Assembly (NCBI GenBank): GCA_017516865.1
Contig: JAFXAU010000017.1
Location: 748-64,747 of the forward strand
DNA length: 64,000 nucleotides
Reading direction: 5' to 3'
DNA from: Bacteroidales bacterium
GTDB taxonomy: Bacteria; Bacteroidota; Bacteroidia; Bacteroidales; UBA1715
Shown: positions 17,310-26,662 of the stretch, piece by piece
How the letters are laid out: each line of letters opens with the position of its first letter
How positions within the stretch are numbered: the first letter of the stretch is position 1
Notes under the pieces: model-generated
What the model saw: only the letters and a program-made list of their open reading frames with translations
The model's database searches: none
What the model was told of the DNA's origin: nothing
Position numbers and translations under genes: made by a program

Positions 17310-18302
17310 TTAGGAAAAATGTACCATTTGTGAGGTGAAGAATGCAATTTCTTCTGAAAAATCCAGCTCTGGATGTTCGGTAGTTAATTTTTCACAATTG
17401 GTAAGATTTGTCTGCAAAAATGTTTTGTATGACAGACTTTGGGCGTTGAACGGCCTATGTTCCATTGCTTTATGGATAGAGCCAATTTGTGAAATCAACT
17501 CTATGGTTTGCTTGGAAAAATATGTTACCGAGAATTTTTCCCAGATATATTCAACTGCCGTGGCACTTGGGTGGAGCATGTCTTCGTCGTAGAAACGATA
17601 GTCGCGCAAGTCGTCCATAAGTAACTCATACGCAGGAAAATAACCAATGTTTTCCATCGTTTTTTGTAATTCGTCAATTGCCAAAAACAAGGTTGACTTG
17701 CTCACTTGGTTTTCGTGTGCACCGTCCTTCCAGTGACGGATGGGGCTCACTGTGAAAATAACTTGTAACTTGGAATTTTGTTTCCGTAAACGAGCAATTG
17801 CTTTTTCCAAAACTGCGACGCATTCTTCGACCGAAAGTTTACGACGATTGAATTGCGACGCAGGAGTTTTGTGACAATTGTTTACGATTTGTCCAGTTTC
17901 TTTTAATTCGTAAATCCACGCTGTTCCTAACGTAAGAATCAGATAGTCAATATTTTGATATTTCTCCAAAAACAAGTTCCTTACGTCGTTGAATGCTAAA
18001 AGGACATCTTGTTTTTCGACCGACGAAAATGAAGTGTGCAAATAATACGATTGCCACACATCGTTGGCGAAGAAAATCTGTTGCTCGTCGAAGGAAATTT
18101 CGCCGAGCAGCAAATCAATCGTTTGTGCAATGGAAACAGGGTTATAAACCGTTCCGAGCGGATTCACCATAATGGGAAACTTTGCCGCTTGCAGCCGATT
18201 TCCGATATTCGTGGTGAAACACGAACCAATAGCCATTCCTTTGTGTGCGTGAGAAATCTCAAACGAAGAATGAGGAACGTCTATGGTCGTTTTGAATTGC
18301 AT
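17310..18302 (-). CDS. GSCFA domain-containing protein
   Basis: 330 aa. Contains the family's eponymous motif, AIGSCFTTNIG. Confidence 0.8.
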   Translation of the reverse strand: MQFKTTIDVPHSSFEISHAHKGMAIGSCFTTNIGNRLQAAKFPIMVNPLGTVYNPVSIAQTIDLLLGEISFDEQQIFFANDVWQSYYLHTSFSSVEKQDVLLAFNDVRNLFLEKYQNIDYLILTLGTAWIYELKETGQIVNNCHKTPASQFNRRKLSVEECVAVLEKAIARLRKQNSKLQVIFTVSPIRHWKDGAHENQVSKSTLFLAIDELQKTMENIGYFPAYELLMDDLRDYRFYDEDMLHPSATAVEYIWEKFSVTYFSKQTIELISQIGSIHKAMEHRPFNAQSLSYKTFLQTNLTNCEKLTTEHPELDFSEEIAFFTSQMVHFS

Positions 18303-19837
18303 TATTCTTCTATGGTAATGGTTTCCAATGCTTTACGAACACGTTTAAGCGTTTCTTCCTTGCCAATCATTTCAAAAATGTCGAACAGATGGGCTCCCAT
18401 ACAGGCGCCAACCACAGCCAAGCGAAGGCAGTTGCAGATTTGCCCCACGTTGTATTCATTCTTTGCAATGAAAGCCATTGTTTTTTCTTCCAAAACCTTC
18501 GACGTGTAGTCAGTTTCATTTTCCAAAAATGCCAATGTTGCCTGAATCTTCTCGGCGGCATTGTCCTTCCAACGTTTTTTCACGTCTTTTGGCTCATACG
18601 ACTGCGGTGCTTCGAAGAAATAGTAGCCGTTTGTCCACAAATCTTGTACAAACACGGCACGCTCTTTAATCAGGTCGCATACCTTCACTACATAATCCAT
18701 TGACGCAGAGATATTTTTCTCTTTCAAAATTGGCAAAAACATTTCCGCTAATTTGTTCGACGGCGTACGGTGCAGCCACTGCTGGTTGAACCATTTTGTT
18801 TTTTCCGGGTCGAAGCGTGAGCCAGATTTTCCCACACGTTCAAGCGAGAATGCCTGAATGAGTTCGTCCATCGTAAAAATTTCTTGTTCCGTTCCCGGAT
18901 TCCAGCCCAACAGGGCAAGCATATTAACAAACGCTTCGGGCAAATAGCCGTTTTCGCGGTAACCTTGTGCCGTTTCGCCGTCGTCGCCTACCCAAAAGAG
19001 TGGGAATACAGGGAATCCGAGTTTGTCGCCGTCGCGTTTGCTCAACTTTCCTTGTCCTTGCGGTTTCAAAATCAACGGAAGATGGGCAAATTTCGGCATC
19101 ACGTCTTCCCAGCCGAATGCACGATACAAAAGCACGTGCAGAGGCATAGACGAAAGCCATTCCTCGCCACGAATCACGTGGGTGATTTTCATCAAATAGT
19201 CGTCAACCACGTTTGCCAAGTGGTAGGTCGGCATTCCGTCTGATTTATACAATACCTTGTCGTCAAGTTCGTCTGTGTTGAAATGTACTTCCTTACGAAT
19301 TTCGTCATACAAATCAACATTCTGATTTTCAGGCATTTTAAAACGAATTACAAAATGTTCTCCCGAGTTCAAGCGTTTTTCAACTTCTTCTTTTGAAAGT
19401 GTGAGCGAGTTGCACAATTCCATACGTGTTTTGTGGTTATACACGAACGGATTTTTCTCTTGTTCGCCTTTGGTACGTAAGGCAGTCAATTCTTCGGGGG
19501 TGTCGAATGCAAAATATGCATTGCCCGATTCTATCAATTGATATGCGTATTGTTTATACAACGGTTTGCGGTCGCTCTGGCGGTATGGTCCGTAGGGGCC
19601 TTCGGGCGTAACGCCTATACCTTCGTCAACTTTGATTCCGCACCATTTCAGCGATTCAACAATATATGCTTCGGCATTTTTCACAAAGCGAGTTTGGTCG
19701 GTATCTTCGATACGCAACAAGAAATCGCCGCCGTTTTTCTTTGCGAACAAATAATTGAACAATGCTGTACGAACGCCTCCCATGTGAAGCGGTCCCGTAG
19801 GACTTGGTGCAAAACGCACACGAACTTTTCTTTCCAT
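18302..19837 (-). CDS. gltX: glutamate--tRNA ligase
   Basis: RFAPSPTGPLHMGG (HIGH-type motif) and KLSKR (KMSKS motif). 511 aa. Confidence 0.95.
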   Translation of the reverse strand: MERKVRVRFAPSPTGPLHMGGVRTALFNYLFAKKNGGDFLLRIEDTDQTRFVKNAEAYIVESLKWCGIKVDEGIGVTPEGPYGPYRQSDRKPLYKQYAYQLIESGNAYFAFDTPEELTALRTKGEQEKNPFVYNHKTRMELCNSLTLSKEEVEKRLNSGEHFVIRFKMPENQNVDLYDEIRKEVHFNTDELDDKVLYKSDGMPTYHLANVVDDYLMKITHVIRGEEWLSSMPLHVLLYRAFGWEDVMPKFAHLPLILKPQGQGKLSKRDGDKLGFPVFPLFWVGDDGETAQGYRENGYLPEAFVNMLALLGWNPGTEQEIFTMDELIQAFSLERVGKSGSRFDPEKTKWFNQQWLHRTPSNKLAEMFLPILKEKNISASMDYVVKVCDLIKERAVFVQDLWTNGYYFFEAPQSYEPKDVKKRWKDNAAEKIQATLAFLENETDYTSKVLEEKTMAFIAKNEYNVGQICNCLRLAVVGACMGAHLFDIFEMIGKEETLKRVRKALETITIEE

Positions 19838-20141
19838 CTTTCAAATTTTATTGTGGCAAAGATAGTAATCGGACACAAATTTTACGAATGAGAACGAAAA
19901 AATCCCAAGATAAAACTAATTGTTTTTATGAAATCATGCTTTAGTTACACGGCAACTGCATCAAAACAATTGTAAATGGAGCAGTTTTTTGCAAGTCTAA
20001 AGTAAATAAATCCATTTTTTTTTCATCAATAACAATAGACAAACAGAAATAAAACGAAATATCAATAAAAAAAACAGAAGCAAAGCTATTCTTCCTATGT
20101 AAGACAGTGATTTTTCTGTTTGCATCGAAATATTTTTTTTA

Positions 20142-20149
20142 TATCTTTG
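20142..20149 (+). promoter_or_regulatory. Bacteroidetes -7 promoter box (TATCTTTG)
   Basis: Exact match 29 nt upstream of the ATG at 20178. Confidence 0.55.
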
Positions 20150-20177
20150 CACCGCATCACATAAAGGATTTAGATAG

Positions 20178-20495
20178 ATGAACGAAAGCAATAGAGAAAA
20201 TCTGTTACTCAAGGAAATTGAGACACTAAAGGCGGAGATTAAATTATTGAAAGAACTTGCAAATGATGTTCTGGCGTCGCAAGTTCAAAAAGTTGAATAT
20301 CATTGGTTATCCATCGACGATTTGGTTAAGTACCTTCCCAACAGCATTTCAAAAGCGACTGTTTATGGGTGGGTTTCGCAGGATGTGATTCCACATCATA
20401 AAATCGGGAAGAAACTAACGTTTTTAAAATCAGAGATTGATTCGTGGGTGCTTAACAATGGTGAGATCCGAAACAATCGGAAAACCTTTTCATAG
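20178..20495 (+). CDS. small excisionase/MerR-type helix-turn-helix (HTH_17-like) DNA-binding protein with an N-terminal coiled coil
   Basis: 105 aa. Contains WLSIDDLVKYLPNSISKATVYGWVSQDVIPHHKIGKKLTFLKSEIDSWV. Confidence 0.65.
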   Translation: MNESNRENLLLKEIETLKAEIKLLKELANDVLASQVQKVEYHWLSIDDLVKYLPNSISKATVYGWVSQDVIPHHKIGKKLTFLKSEIDSWVLNNGEIRNNRKTFS

Positions 20496-20565
20496 GTCAC
20501 AAACATACCCATTCATCACAGAGTATACGTCTGTATACTCAAACCAATCATATCAGTTATGTTGA

Positions 20566-20600
20566 GACCAAGTCCTTGTTGGGGGACTTGGTCGTTTTTT
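20566..20600 (+). terminator. intrinsic terminator
   Basis: GACCAAGTCC / GGACTTGGTC, a perfect 10-bp stem with an 8-nt loop, followed by GTTTTTT. Confidence 0.8.
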
Positions 20601-21897
20601 ATAGTCTTCCGAAATCAAGAAACAACGCGTAGAAGAATATGGCAAAAATAATTGCCATGCCAATCATCTGTGCTTTCATCAAGAATTTTTCACTTGGTTT
20701 GCGGCGGATAATCAGTTCCACAAGCAAAAATAACAGATGACCGCCGTCAAGTCCGGGGATTGGCAGAATGTTCATAAATGCAAGAATGACAGAAAACAGT
20801 GCCGCCAATGACCAGAAATGGCTCCAGTTCCATTCCTTGTCGTACATTTTGCCCATGGAAACAAAGCTGCCGACTTGCTGCGAGCCTTCTTTGGTGAATA
20901 TAAGTTTGAACTGCTTCACATAAAATGTGAGTGTTCCCAATCCCATCTTTATGCCTTCGGGTACTGATTGCAACAAGGAATATGTTTCCGTAACCTCGTC
21001 AAATAAGTCATACGCCGATTTTGTATAAGCACCGATTTTTCCTTCTTCGGAAACGGTTACGGGAATTTTCTCGTCAAATCCGTGTCTCACCACCGTTAAA
21101 ACAACCTCTTTGCCTGCGAATGGCTTCACTTCCTTAACAAAATCCATGAACGATACGGTTGGAATGGAATCTATTGCAACAATTTTGTCGCCCACCCGTA
21201 AGTTGGAACGGGAAGCTGGCGTGTTCGGCATAATGGAGTCAATCACGAAGGGAATATTTTCTATCATAAAGAAAGAATTCGGATTAGCAACGATACGATT
21301 TTCAATGTCGTCGGGAAGAGTGATTGTCACTTCTTTGCCGCCGCGTTGAACGGTGACGGTTTGGGCATTGTCGAGCAGGATTTGCGAAATGGCGTCGCCT
21401 AAAGTTTTAGGTTGTTTGCCGTCAATCGATAGGATTTTGTCACCGTTTTCGAAACCTATGCTTAACGCCGTTGAGTCGCAGTACACGCCGTATTGCAAAT
21501 TTTGAATTGGCAAATATGTTTTCCCGTATGTGAACGATAGAGCGGAATAAATCAGAATTGCTCCGATAAAATTGAACAAAACGCCGCCGATGATTATCAT
21601 AAATCGCTGTATCCATGGTTTTGAACGATATTCCCACGGCTTTGGCTCGGAATGCAGTTGCTCCTTGTCCATTGACTCGTCGACCATTCCCGCAATTTTG
21701 CAGTAACCGCCCAACGGAAGCCACCCGATGCCGTATTCCGTTTCGCCTTTTTTGAACTTGAACAGCGAAAACCACGGGTCAAAAAACAAGTAAAATTTGT
21801 CAACTCTCGTTTTGGAAAGTTTGGCAAACGTAAAGTGCCCCAGTTCGTGAATGAATACCAACAGGGCTAATGTTATAATGAGTTGAAGTGCCTGCAT
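20599..21897 (-). CDS. rseP: RIP metalloprotease RseP (site-2 protease)
   Basis: HELGHF zinc motif in the first TM helix, PDZ region, C-terminal LDGG motif. Confidence 0.92.
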   Translation of the reverse strand: MQALQLIITLALLVFIHELGHFTFAKLSKTRVDKFYLFFDPWFSLFKFKKGETEYGIGWLPLGGYCKIAGMVDESMDKEQLHSEPKPWEYRSKPWIQRFMIIIGGVLFNFIGAILIYSALSFTYGKTYLPIQNLQYGVYCDSTALSIGFENGDKILSIDGKQPKTLGDAISQILLDNAQTVTVQRGGKEVTITLPDDIENRIVANPNSFFMIENIPFVIDSIMPNTPASRSNLRVGDKIVAIDSIPTVSFMDFVKEVKPFAGKEVVLTVVRHGFDEKIPVTVSEEGKIGAYTKSAYDLFDEVTETYSLLQSVPEGIKMGLGTLTFYVKQFKLIFTKEGSQQVGSFVSMGKMYDKEWNWSHFWSLAALFSVILAFMNILPIPGLDGGHLLFLLVELIIRRKPSEKFLMKAQMIGMAIIFAIFFYALFLDFGRL

Positions 21898-21970
21898 ATC
21901 TTGGATTTTGTTTTCTATAAATTGTAGGCAAATGTATTGAAAAAATCGTCAATACCTTTGTATAGGACAC

Positions 21971-22000
21971 AAAAAAACCCGATTCGTAATGAACCGGGTT
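21971..22000 (-). terminator. intrinsic terminator of the 22027..23235 gene
   Basis: Minus strand reads ACCCGGTTC-attac-GAATCGGGT followed by T7. Confidence 0.75.
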
Positions 22001-22026
22001 TTGTTTGAATTTATAATCTATTCGAA

Positions 22027-23235
22027 TTATTTTACGAATTTGATTGTTCCTTCTTCAGCAACGATGAAGTATGCACCGGCAGCCAAAGTGTTTACGTTGA
22101 ATTCTTGAGAAGCTGTAGCAACAACTTGACCAGCTACGTTGTAAACAGTGATTACGCCAGCTGAGTAAACCATACCGCCTTCGATTGCGAAATCAGCAGC
22201 AGCAACTTCGTTTACAGCTGTTGGGATTGCGTATTTGTTTTGATCTGTAACATCAACTTCGAGTGAGTAGTTTTCAAATACAATGCTAGGTAATTCCTCT
22301 GTAGATTGTGCAAGGAACACATCTTTAAGTTGTGAAGATGCCTCTTTCATGTCTGCATCTAACGGAGCCGAAAATTGCAGAGAAACTGTTTCGCCAGCTT
22401 TAATATCCGATTTACATGTAATGAATTTGTTCAACTGATTGAAATAAATTTCTTTGCCACTATTGTACTCAATCAGAGTATACATAAGAGTAGAAACAGC
22501 GGATACGGCTTTCCCAGAGAAAGAAACATTTACATATTTGCCTGATGCTGCACTTTTAGCAGTTGAAAGCGTTGTAGATTGATATTTAAATCCATCTTCT
22601 GCTTTATCTGCAGGACCTTGATATTCCAACTCAACATAAGGATCCTCATATTCAATCGCTTCTGTATACATAACCTTTAACGAAGCATTTGTAATTGTAC
22701 GAGCTGCAGCCTTGTCACTATCTTCGTACTTAGATCCCTCTGGCATTTCGTATCCAATTATCAATGCGGCAACAGAAAGTTCTTTTCCAAATGATGGTTT
22801 CTGGTTATCTGTCTGTGTCAAGTTCGATATTTTTAGCGGAAATTTCTCTGAAAAAGCTTCCCCTTCTGTTACGTTAAACTCGAAAGAACCCGACCAAGCA
22901 CCCCAATAATCCACAGCTTCACTTTCATCTACAATAAAAAATTTAAGTACACCAGTCATGTCGGCTGTACCAGAAATAGTAATCGTAAATGTTTCTCCCT
23001 TTGCTGGAACCCATGCTGCATTTCCGCTGGCATCAAAAACGGCCTCTGATAGAATCTCAATACCAGCCGTTCCACCACCTTGCCAGCCAATACTTGGATT
23101 ATTAGGATACCCTTTACCATATGAATTATACGGAATTGAAAGAGTTTTCTCAGATTCGTCATAACTGAACGCTTCACCTGCCATTGCTGCAATGCCGAAC
23201 ATTGCACTTGTTAAAAGTAAAAATACCTTTTTCAT
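22027..23235 (-). CDS. secreted protein of unknown function with a T9SS (Por) type-A C-terminal sorting domain
   Basis: Signal peptide MKKVFLLLTSAMFGIAAMA. C-terminus reads ...VITVYNVAGQVVATASQEFNVNTLAAGAYFIVAEEGTIKFVK. By eye, its codon choice resembles that of tpiA. Confidence 0.65.
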   Translation of the reverse strand: MKKVFLLLTSAMFGIAAMAGEAFSYDESEKTLSIPYNSYGKGYPNNPSIGWQGGGTAGIEILSEAVFDASGNAAWVPAKGETFTITISGTADMTGVLKFFIVDESEAVDYWGAWSGSFEFNVTEGEAFSEKFPLKISNLTQTDNQKPSFGKELSVAALIIGYEMPEGSKYEDSDKAAARTITNASLKVMYTEAIEYEDPYVELEYQGPADKAEDGFKYQSTTLSTAKSAASGKYVNVSFSGKAVSAVSTLMYTLIEYNSGKEIYFNQLNKFITCKSDIKAGETVSLQFSAPLDADMKEASSQLKDVFLAQSTEELPSIVFENYSLEVDVTDQNKYAIPTAVNEVAAADFAIEGGMVYSAGVITVYNVAGQVVATASQEFNVNTLAAGAYFIVAEEGTIKFVK

Positions 23236-23350
23236 AATTTTTTTGTTTTTAAATTAGACTTTACAAAATTTTAACTTTGCAAATATAGAATACTTTTATG
23301 AAAAACGAACACAAAATTCGTTTTTTTTTAGACGAACTCAAAAGTAAGCG

Positions 23351-24583
23351 TTAACCAAAAATTTTTGAAATGCGTTTTACCGCTTCGACGCAGTTGTCGC
23401 GGTTGCCGAATGCGGTCATTCTTACGTAGCCTTCGCCTTGCGGACCGAAACCAACCCCTGGCGTCACCACCACGTTGCATTTGGTGAGCATTTGTTCGAA
23501 AAATGTCCATGAATCGGTGTTTTTCGGAGTCTTCACCCAGATATAGGGTGCGTTCACGCCTCCGTGGAGCGTCATTCCAATGTACGAAAGTCCGTCACGG
23601 ATTATTTTTGCGTTGGTCAGATAGTAGTCAATATTTTGTTTGATTTCTTTTTGGCCTTGTGCGGAATAAACTGCTTCGGCGGCACGTTGCACAATATATG
23701 ATGTGCCGTTGAATTTTGTACACTGACGACGGTTCCACAATCGGTTCAGTGCTATGTGCGAGCCGTCGGAGGCAGAAGCGGTGACTGTTTTCGGCACAAC
23801 CGTATAACCGCAGCGGAGTCCTGTAAATCCTGCCGTCTTCGAAAAACTGCGAAATTCTATGGCGACGTCTTTCGCACCTGCAATTTCGTAAATGCTGTGC
23901 GGTACGTCGGGTTCGGTGATGAACGCCTCGTATGCCGAATCGAACAAAATCAACGCTCCGTGTTCGCGTGCGTAGTCAACCCACATTTTTAGTTCGGACT
24001 TGGTGAGGGTGGTTCCCGTAGGATTGTTTGGATAACACAAATATATAATGTCGGGAACTAATTTCGGCAGAGCGGGAACGAACTTGTTCTCGCTGCTGCA
24101 CGGTAAATACTCTATGCTGCTCCATCGGCCGTTCTTTTCCAAAATTCCAGCCCGGCCGGCCATCACGTTGGAATCGACGTATACTGGGTACACGGGGTCG
24201 GTGACCGCCACCAAGTTGCCAAAGTCGAACAAATCGCCAATGTTGCCGAGGTCGCTTTTAGCGCCGTCGCTTATGAAAACTTCATCGGCGTCTAACTTAA
24301 TGCCTCGGGAAGCGTAATCGTGTTTTATGATTTTTTCTATAAGAAATTTGTAGCCCTGCTCCGGACCGTAGCCACGGAACGTTTTTTCGTCCGCCATTTC
24401 GTCAACGGCCTTGTGCAGTGCCTGAATGACCGACGGACACAACGGCCGCGTCACATCGCCAATGCCAAGACTGATAATAGAAGCATCGGCGTGCGACGCC
24501 TTGTAATCAGCAACTTTGTGAGCAATTTCCGAGAACAGGTAACTCTCTCGGATTTTTGTAAAATTGTTATTGATACAAGCCAT
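23351..24583 (-). CDS. dapL: LL-diaminopimelate aminotransferase
   Basis: 410 aa class-I aminotransferase. N-terminus ...[14 protein letters not shown]...[14 protein letters not shown]-lysine context [14 protein letters not shown]. Confidence 0.85.
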   Translation of the reverse strand: MACINNNFTKIRESYLFSEIAHKVADYKASHADASIISLGIGDVTRPLCPSVIQALHKAVDEMADEKTFRGYGPEQGYKFLIEKIIKHDYASRGIKLDADEVFISDGAKSDLGNIGDLFDFGNLVAVTDPVYPVYVDSNVMAGRAGILEKNGRWSSIEYLPCSSENKFVPALPKLVPDIIYLCYPNNPTGTTLTKSELKMWVDYAREHGALILFDSAYEAFITEPDVPHSIYEIAGAKDVAIEFRSFSKTAGFTGLRCGYTVVPKTVTASASDGSHIALNRLWNRRQCTKFNGTSYIVQRAAEAVYSAQGQKEIKQNIDYYLTNAKIIRDGLSYIGMTLHGGVNAPYIWVKTPKNTDSWTFFEQMLTKCNVVVTPGVGFGPQGEGYVRMTAFGNRDNCVEAVKRISKIFG

Positions 24584-24712
24584 ATTGTAACCGTTTTGTG
24601 TTATTAACTAAATTTTTTGATGCAAATAAACGGATTATATTTCAAACCGAAAGCAAAATAGACTAAAATATTTAAATTTATAATAAAATTACGTAGATTT
24701 CGTATAAATGTT

Positions 24713-24740
24713 GTAAAAACGATGTGCACATCGTCTCTAC
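24713..24740. repeat. GTAGAGAC-family palindromic hairpin element (degenerate copy)
   Basis: GTAAAAACGATGTG|CACATCGTCTCTAC. The right arm is canonical; the left arm has two G-to-A changes. Confidence 0.6.
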
Positions 24741-24804
24741 TGCTCGAAAACACACATTTTTTTAAAAAAAATCCGCCAAAACGATATACATTAAAAAAAA
24801 GGTG

Positions 24805-24812
24805 TATCTTTG
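24805..24812 (+). promoter_or_regulatory. Bacteroidetes -7 promoter box (TATCTTTG)
   Basis: Exact match 46 nt upstream of the ATG at 24859. Confidence 0.55.
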
Positions 24813-24858
24813 TGGTGTCAAAAATTTAACTTATTAACAATTTAAAACAAAAAGTATT

Positions 24859-25383
24859 ATGAAAAAATTAAAATTCTTAGCACTTGGTTTAGTAGCTGCA
24901 TTCGGTTTCGCAGCATGTGGTGAAGAAGAAGAATCAAACTACACTGAATCAACAATCGTAATGGGTGGTGCAAAATCAGCTAACGGTTCTTTCTACACAT
25001 CTGACAATGGTGTTCAAACAAAAAAACAATTGGGTGATGTTGCTACTAACGTAGTATTCTGCTTCCAAACAATTGACGAAGCATTCCAATTCATTTCAGG
25101 AACTGAAGCTACAAACGAAATCGTTAAAGCACAAGCTTCTGAAACAAAATTCGCTGTTATCGGTGATGGTAAAGCAAGCAAATTCGAAAAATTAGCTGAT
25201 GCAGATTTCAATTTGACAGCAGTAGAAATCAGCAACAAACTTGAAGCTGGTAAAAAAGCTGTTGCTTTCAAGAACGACAAACTTAAATGCAAAGGTTTCT
25301 TCGAAGTTATGGACTACGCTGCTGAATCAGAAGATCTAACTATGAAGATTTGGGTTGCTAAAGAATTTGAAACTCAAGAATAA
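24859..25383 (+). CDS. hypothetical lipoprotein
   Basis: Begins MKKLKFLALGLVAAFGFAACGEEEE (lipobox). 174 aa, no family recognised. By eye, its codon choice resembles that of tpiA. Confidence 0.65.
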   Translation: MKKLKFLALGLVAAFGFAACGEEEESNYTESTIVMGGAKSANGSFYTSDNGVQTKKQLGDVATNVVFCFQTIDEAFQFISGTEATNEIVKAQASETKFAVIGDGKASKFEKLADADFNLTAVEISNKLEAGKKAVAFKNDKLKCKGFFEVMDYAAESEDLTMKIWVAKEFETQE

Positions 25384-25404
25384 TTTAGCAAAGCAATTTT
25401 AAAT

Positions 25405-25436
25405 AAAACCCGGTTCCAAAAGGATCGGGTTTTTTT
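25405..25436 (+). terminator. intrinsic terminator
   Basis: AACCCGGTTCC-aaaa-GGATCGGGTT (imperfect stem) followed by T7. Confidence 0.65.
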
Positions 25437-25443
25437 GTGCGGT

Positions 25444-25468
25444 GTAGAGACGCGATTCGCGTCTCTAC
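25444..25468. repeat. GTAGAGAC-family palindromic hairpin element
   Basis: GTAGAGACGCG-ATT-CGCGTCTCTAC, a perfect 11-bp stem. Confidence 0.85.
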
Positions 25469-25526
25469 GTGTTTTGTACGAAAAATGTTATTCAACCGTG
25501 TTGTTGTATTCTACCAAAATGTTCAT

Positions 25527-25534
25527 TAACTTTG
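25527..25534 (+). promoter_or_regulatory. Bacteroidetes -7 promoter box (TAACTTTG)
   Basis: Exact TAnnTTTG match 20 nt upstream of the ATG at 25555. Confidence 0.5.
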
Positions 25535-25554
25535 TATCATCAAAAAATAAAAAT

Positions 25555-26160
25555 ATGAAAAAGATTATATTAATTCTTGCTGTGTTGTTGGGTGTTGCTG
25601 TTGTGTCGCAGGCACAAAAGTCAGTTATTGAAAAACCAAAGGTTGAAGCAAAGAAGTTGTCAAAAGACGGATATAAGATTTTACCTGACGCTCTGCATCC
25701 AATGAAAAAGCAATTGGAATTTGTTTATGCCAATCAAATAATGAAAGATGAAGACGAAGATATGCCAAAATACCTTATGGGAGTCGGAACAGCGTCGGAT
25801 GCATCGTTAAATCAGGCAAAAATTTCTGCCCGGGAAAAAGCCGTACAAATAATTCTTCGCCAAGTAATGGTGCCGATGAAATCTATTATAGAAGAATACG
25901 GGGGAATTAATGAGAACGGTTCAGTATCTTTAGAGGAACTATTGAACATGGTTGAAGAGAAATGTAAGCAGAAAATGATGAGCGGACCTACTTTAGCAGC
26001 CTTTTATAAAAAAGAAGGGGGAAAGTATGTTGTAAAACGGTATTGTACATATAGTTACGTGGATGCACGTACGATGGCAACCGACTTTTTCGAGGCAGAA
26101 TTAAAGAATGAATCGGAAATGTTGAAATATGCTCTCAGAAAACCTTCAAATTGGAAATAA
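25555..26160 (+). CDS. hypothetical secreted protein
   Basis: ORF 25435 trimmed: its first 40 codons translate the hairpin repeat and the promoter. True start MKKIILILAVLLGVAVVSQAQ (signal peptide). Confidence 0.6.
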   Translation: MKKIILILAVLLGVAVVSQAQKSVIEKPKVEAKKLSKDGYKILPDALHPMKKQLEFVYANQIMKDEDEDMPKYLMGVGTASDASLNQAKISAREKAVQIILRQVMVPMKSIIEEYGGINENGSVSLEELLNMVEEKCKQKMMSGPTLAAFYKKEGGKYVVKRYCTYSYVDARTMATDFFEAELKNESEMLKYALRKPSNWK

Positions 26161-26176
26161 AAACGGATGATTTGTT

Positions 26177-26204
26177 GTAGAGATGTGCCATGGCGCATCT
26201 CTAC
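26177..26204. repeat. GTAGAGAC-family palindromic hairpin element
   Basis: GTAGAGATGTGCCA|TGGCGCATCTCTAC, 14-bp arms with one G-U pair. Sits between convergent genes. Confidence 0.85.
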
Positions 26205-26209
26205 TGAAA

Positions 26210-26662
26210 TTATTCCTTGTTTTTCGTGTCAATTATAATGGTAACGGGGCCGTCGTTGAGCAAATCAACTTTCATGTCGGCGCCAAATTCGCCTGTAACA
26301 ACTTTGCCTTGAATTTCGGATTGCAATTGTCTGATGAAAGCTTCGTACATCGGAATTGCCTTTTCTGGGCGGGCGGCACGTATGTACGACGGACGGTTTC
26401 CTTTCTTTGTGCTGGCAAATAGCGTGAACTGGCTCACCAACAGCACATTGCCGTGAACATCGTCAAGCGAAAGGTTCATTAAATCGTTTTCGTCGCTAAA
26501 CACACGCAATCGGGCAATTTTCCCCGAAAGCCATACTAAATCTTCGTCGGTGTCGGCATCCTCAATTCCAAGAAGCACCAAAAATCCAGTGCCAATTTCC
26601 GATTTAAGAGTTCCGTCAATCGTTACCGAGGCACGGGTAACTCGTTGAATTACAGCTCTCAT
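26210..26662 (-). CDS. dtd: D-aminoacyl-tRNA deacylase
   Basis: 150 aa. Starts MRAVIQRV and contains the SQFTL motif. Confidence 0.93.
   Translation of the reverse strand: MRAVIQRVTRASVTIDGTLKSEIGTGFLVLLGIEDADTDEDLVWLSGKIARLRVFSDENDLMNLSLDDVHGNVLLVSQFTLFASTKKGNRPSYIRAARPEKAIPMYEAFIRQLQSEIQGKVVTGEFGADMKVDLLNDGPVTIIIDTKNKE

Noticed and set aside
25435-25554. N-terminal extensions in the ORF track, here and at 4903, 1430, 1473, 9675, 10384, 15840, 17347, 28273, 30524, 35489, 42131, 58063 and 59360.
   Set aside because: Each extension translates a promoter box, a hairpin repeat or terminator, or overlaps the preceding gene. An internal ATG gives a canonical N-terminus in every case (a signal peptide, a lipobox or a conserved family start). 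Several extended starts are non-ATG codons.
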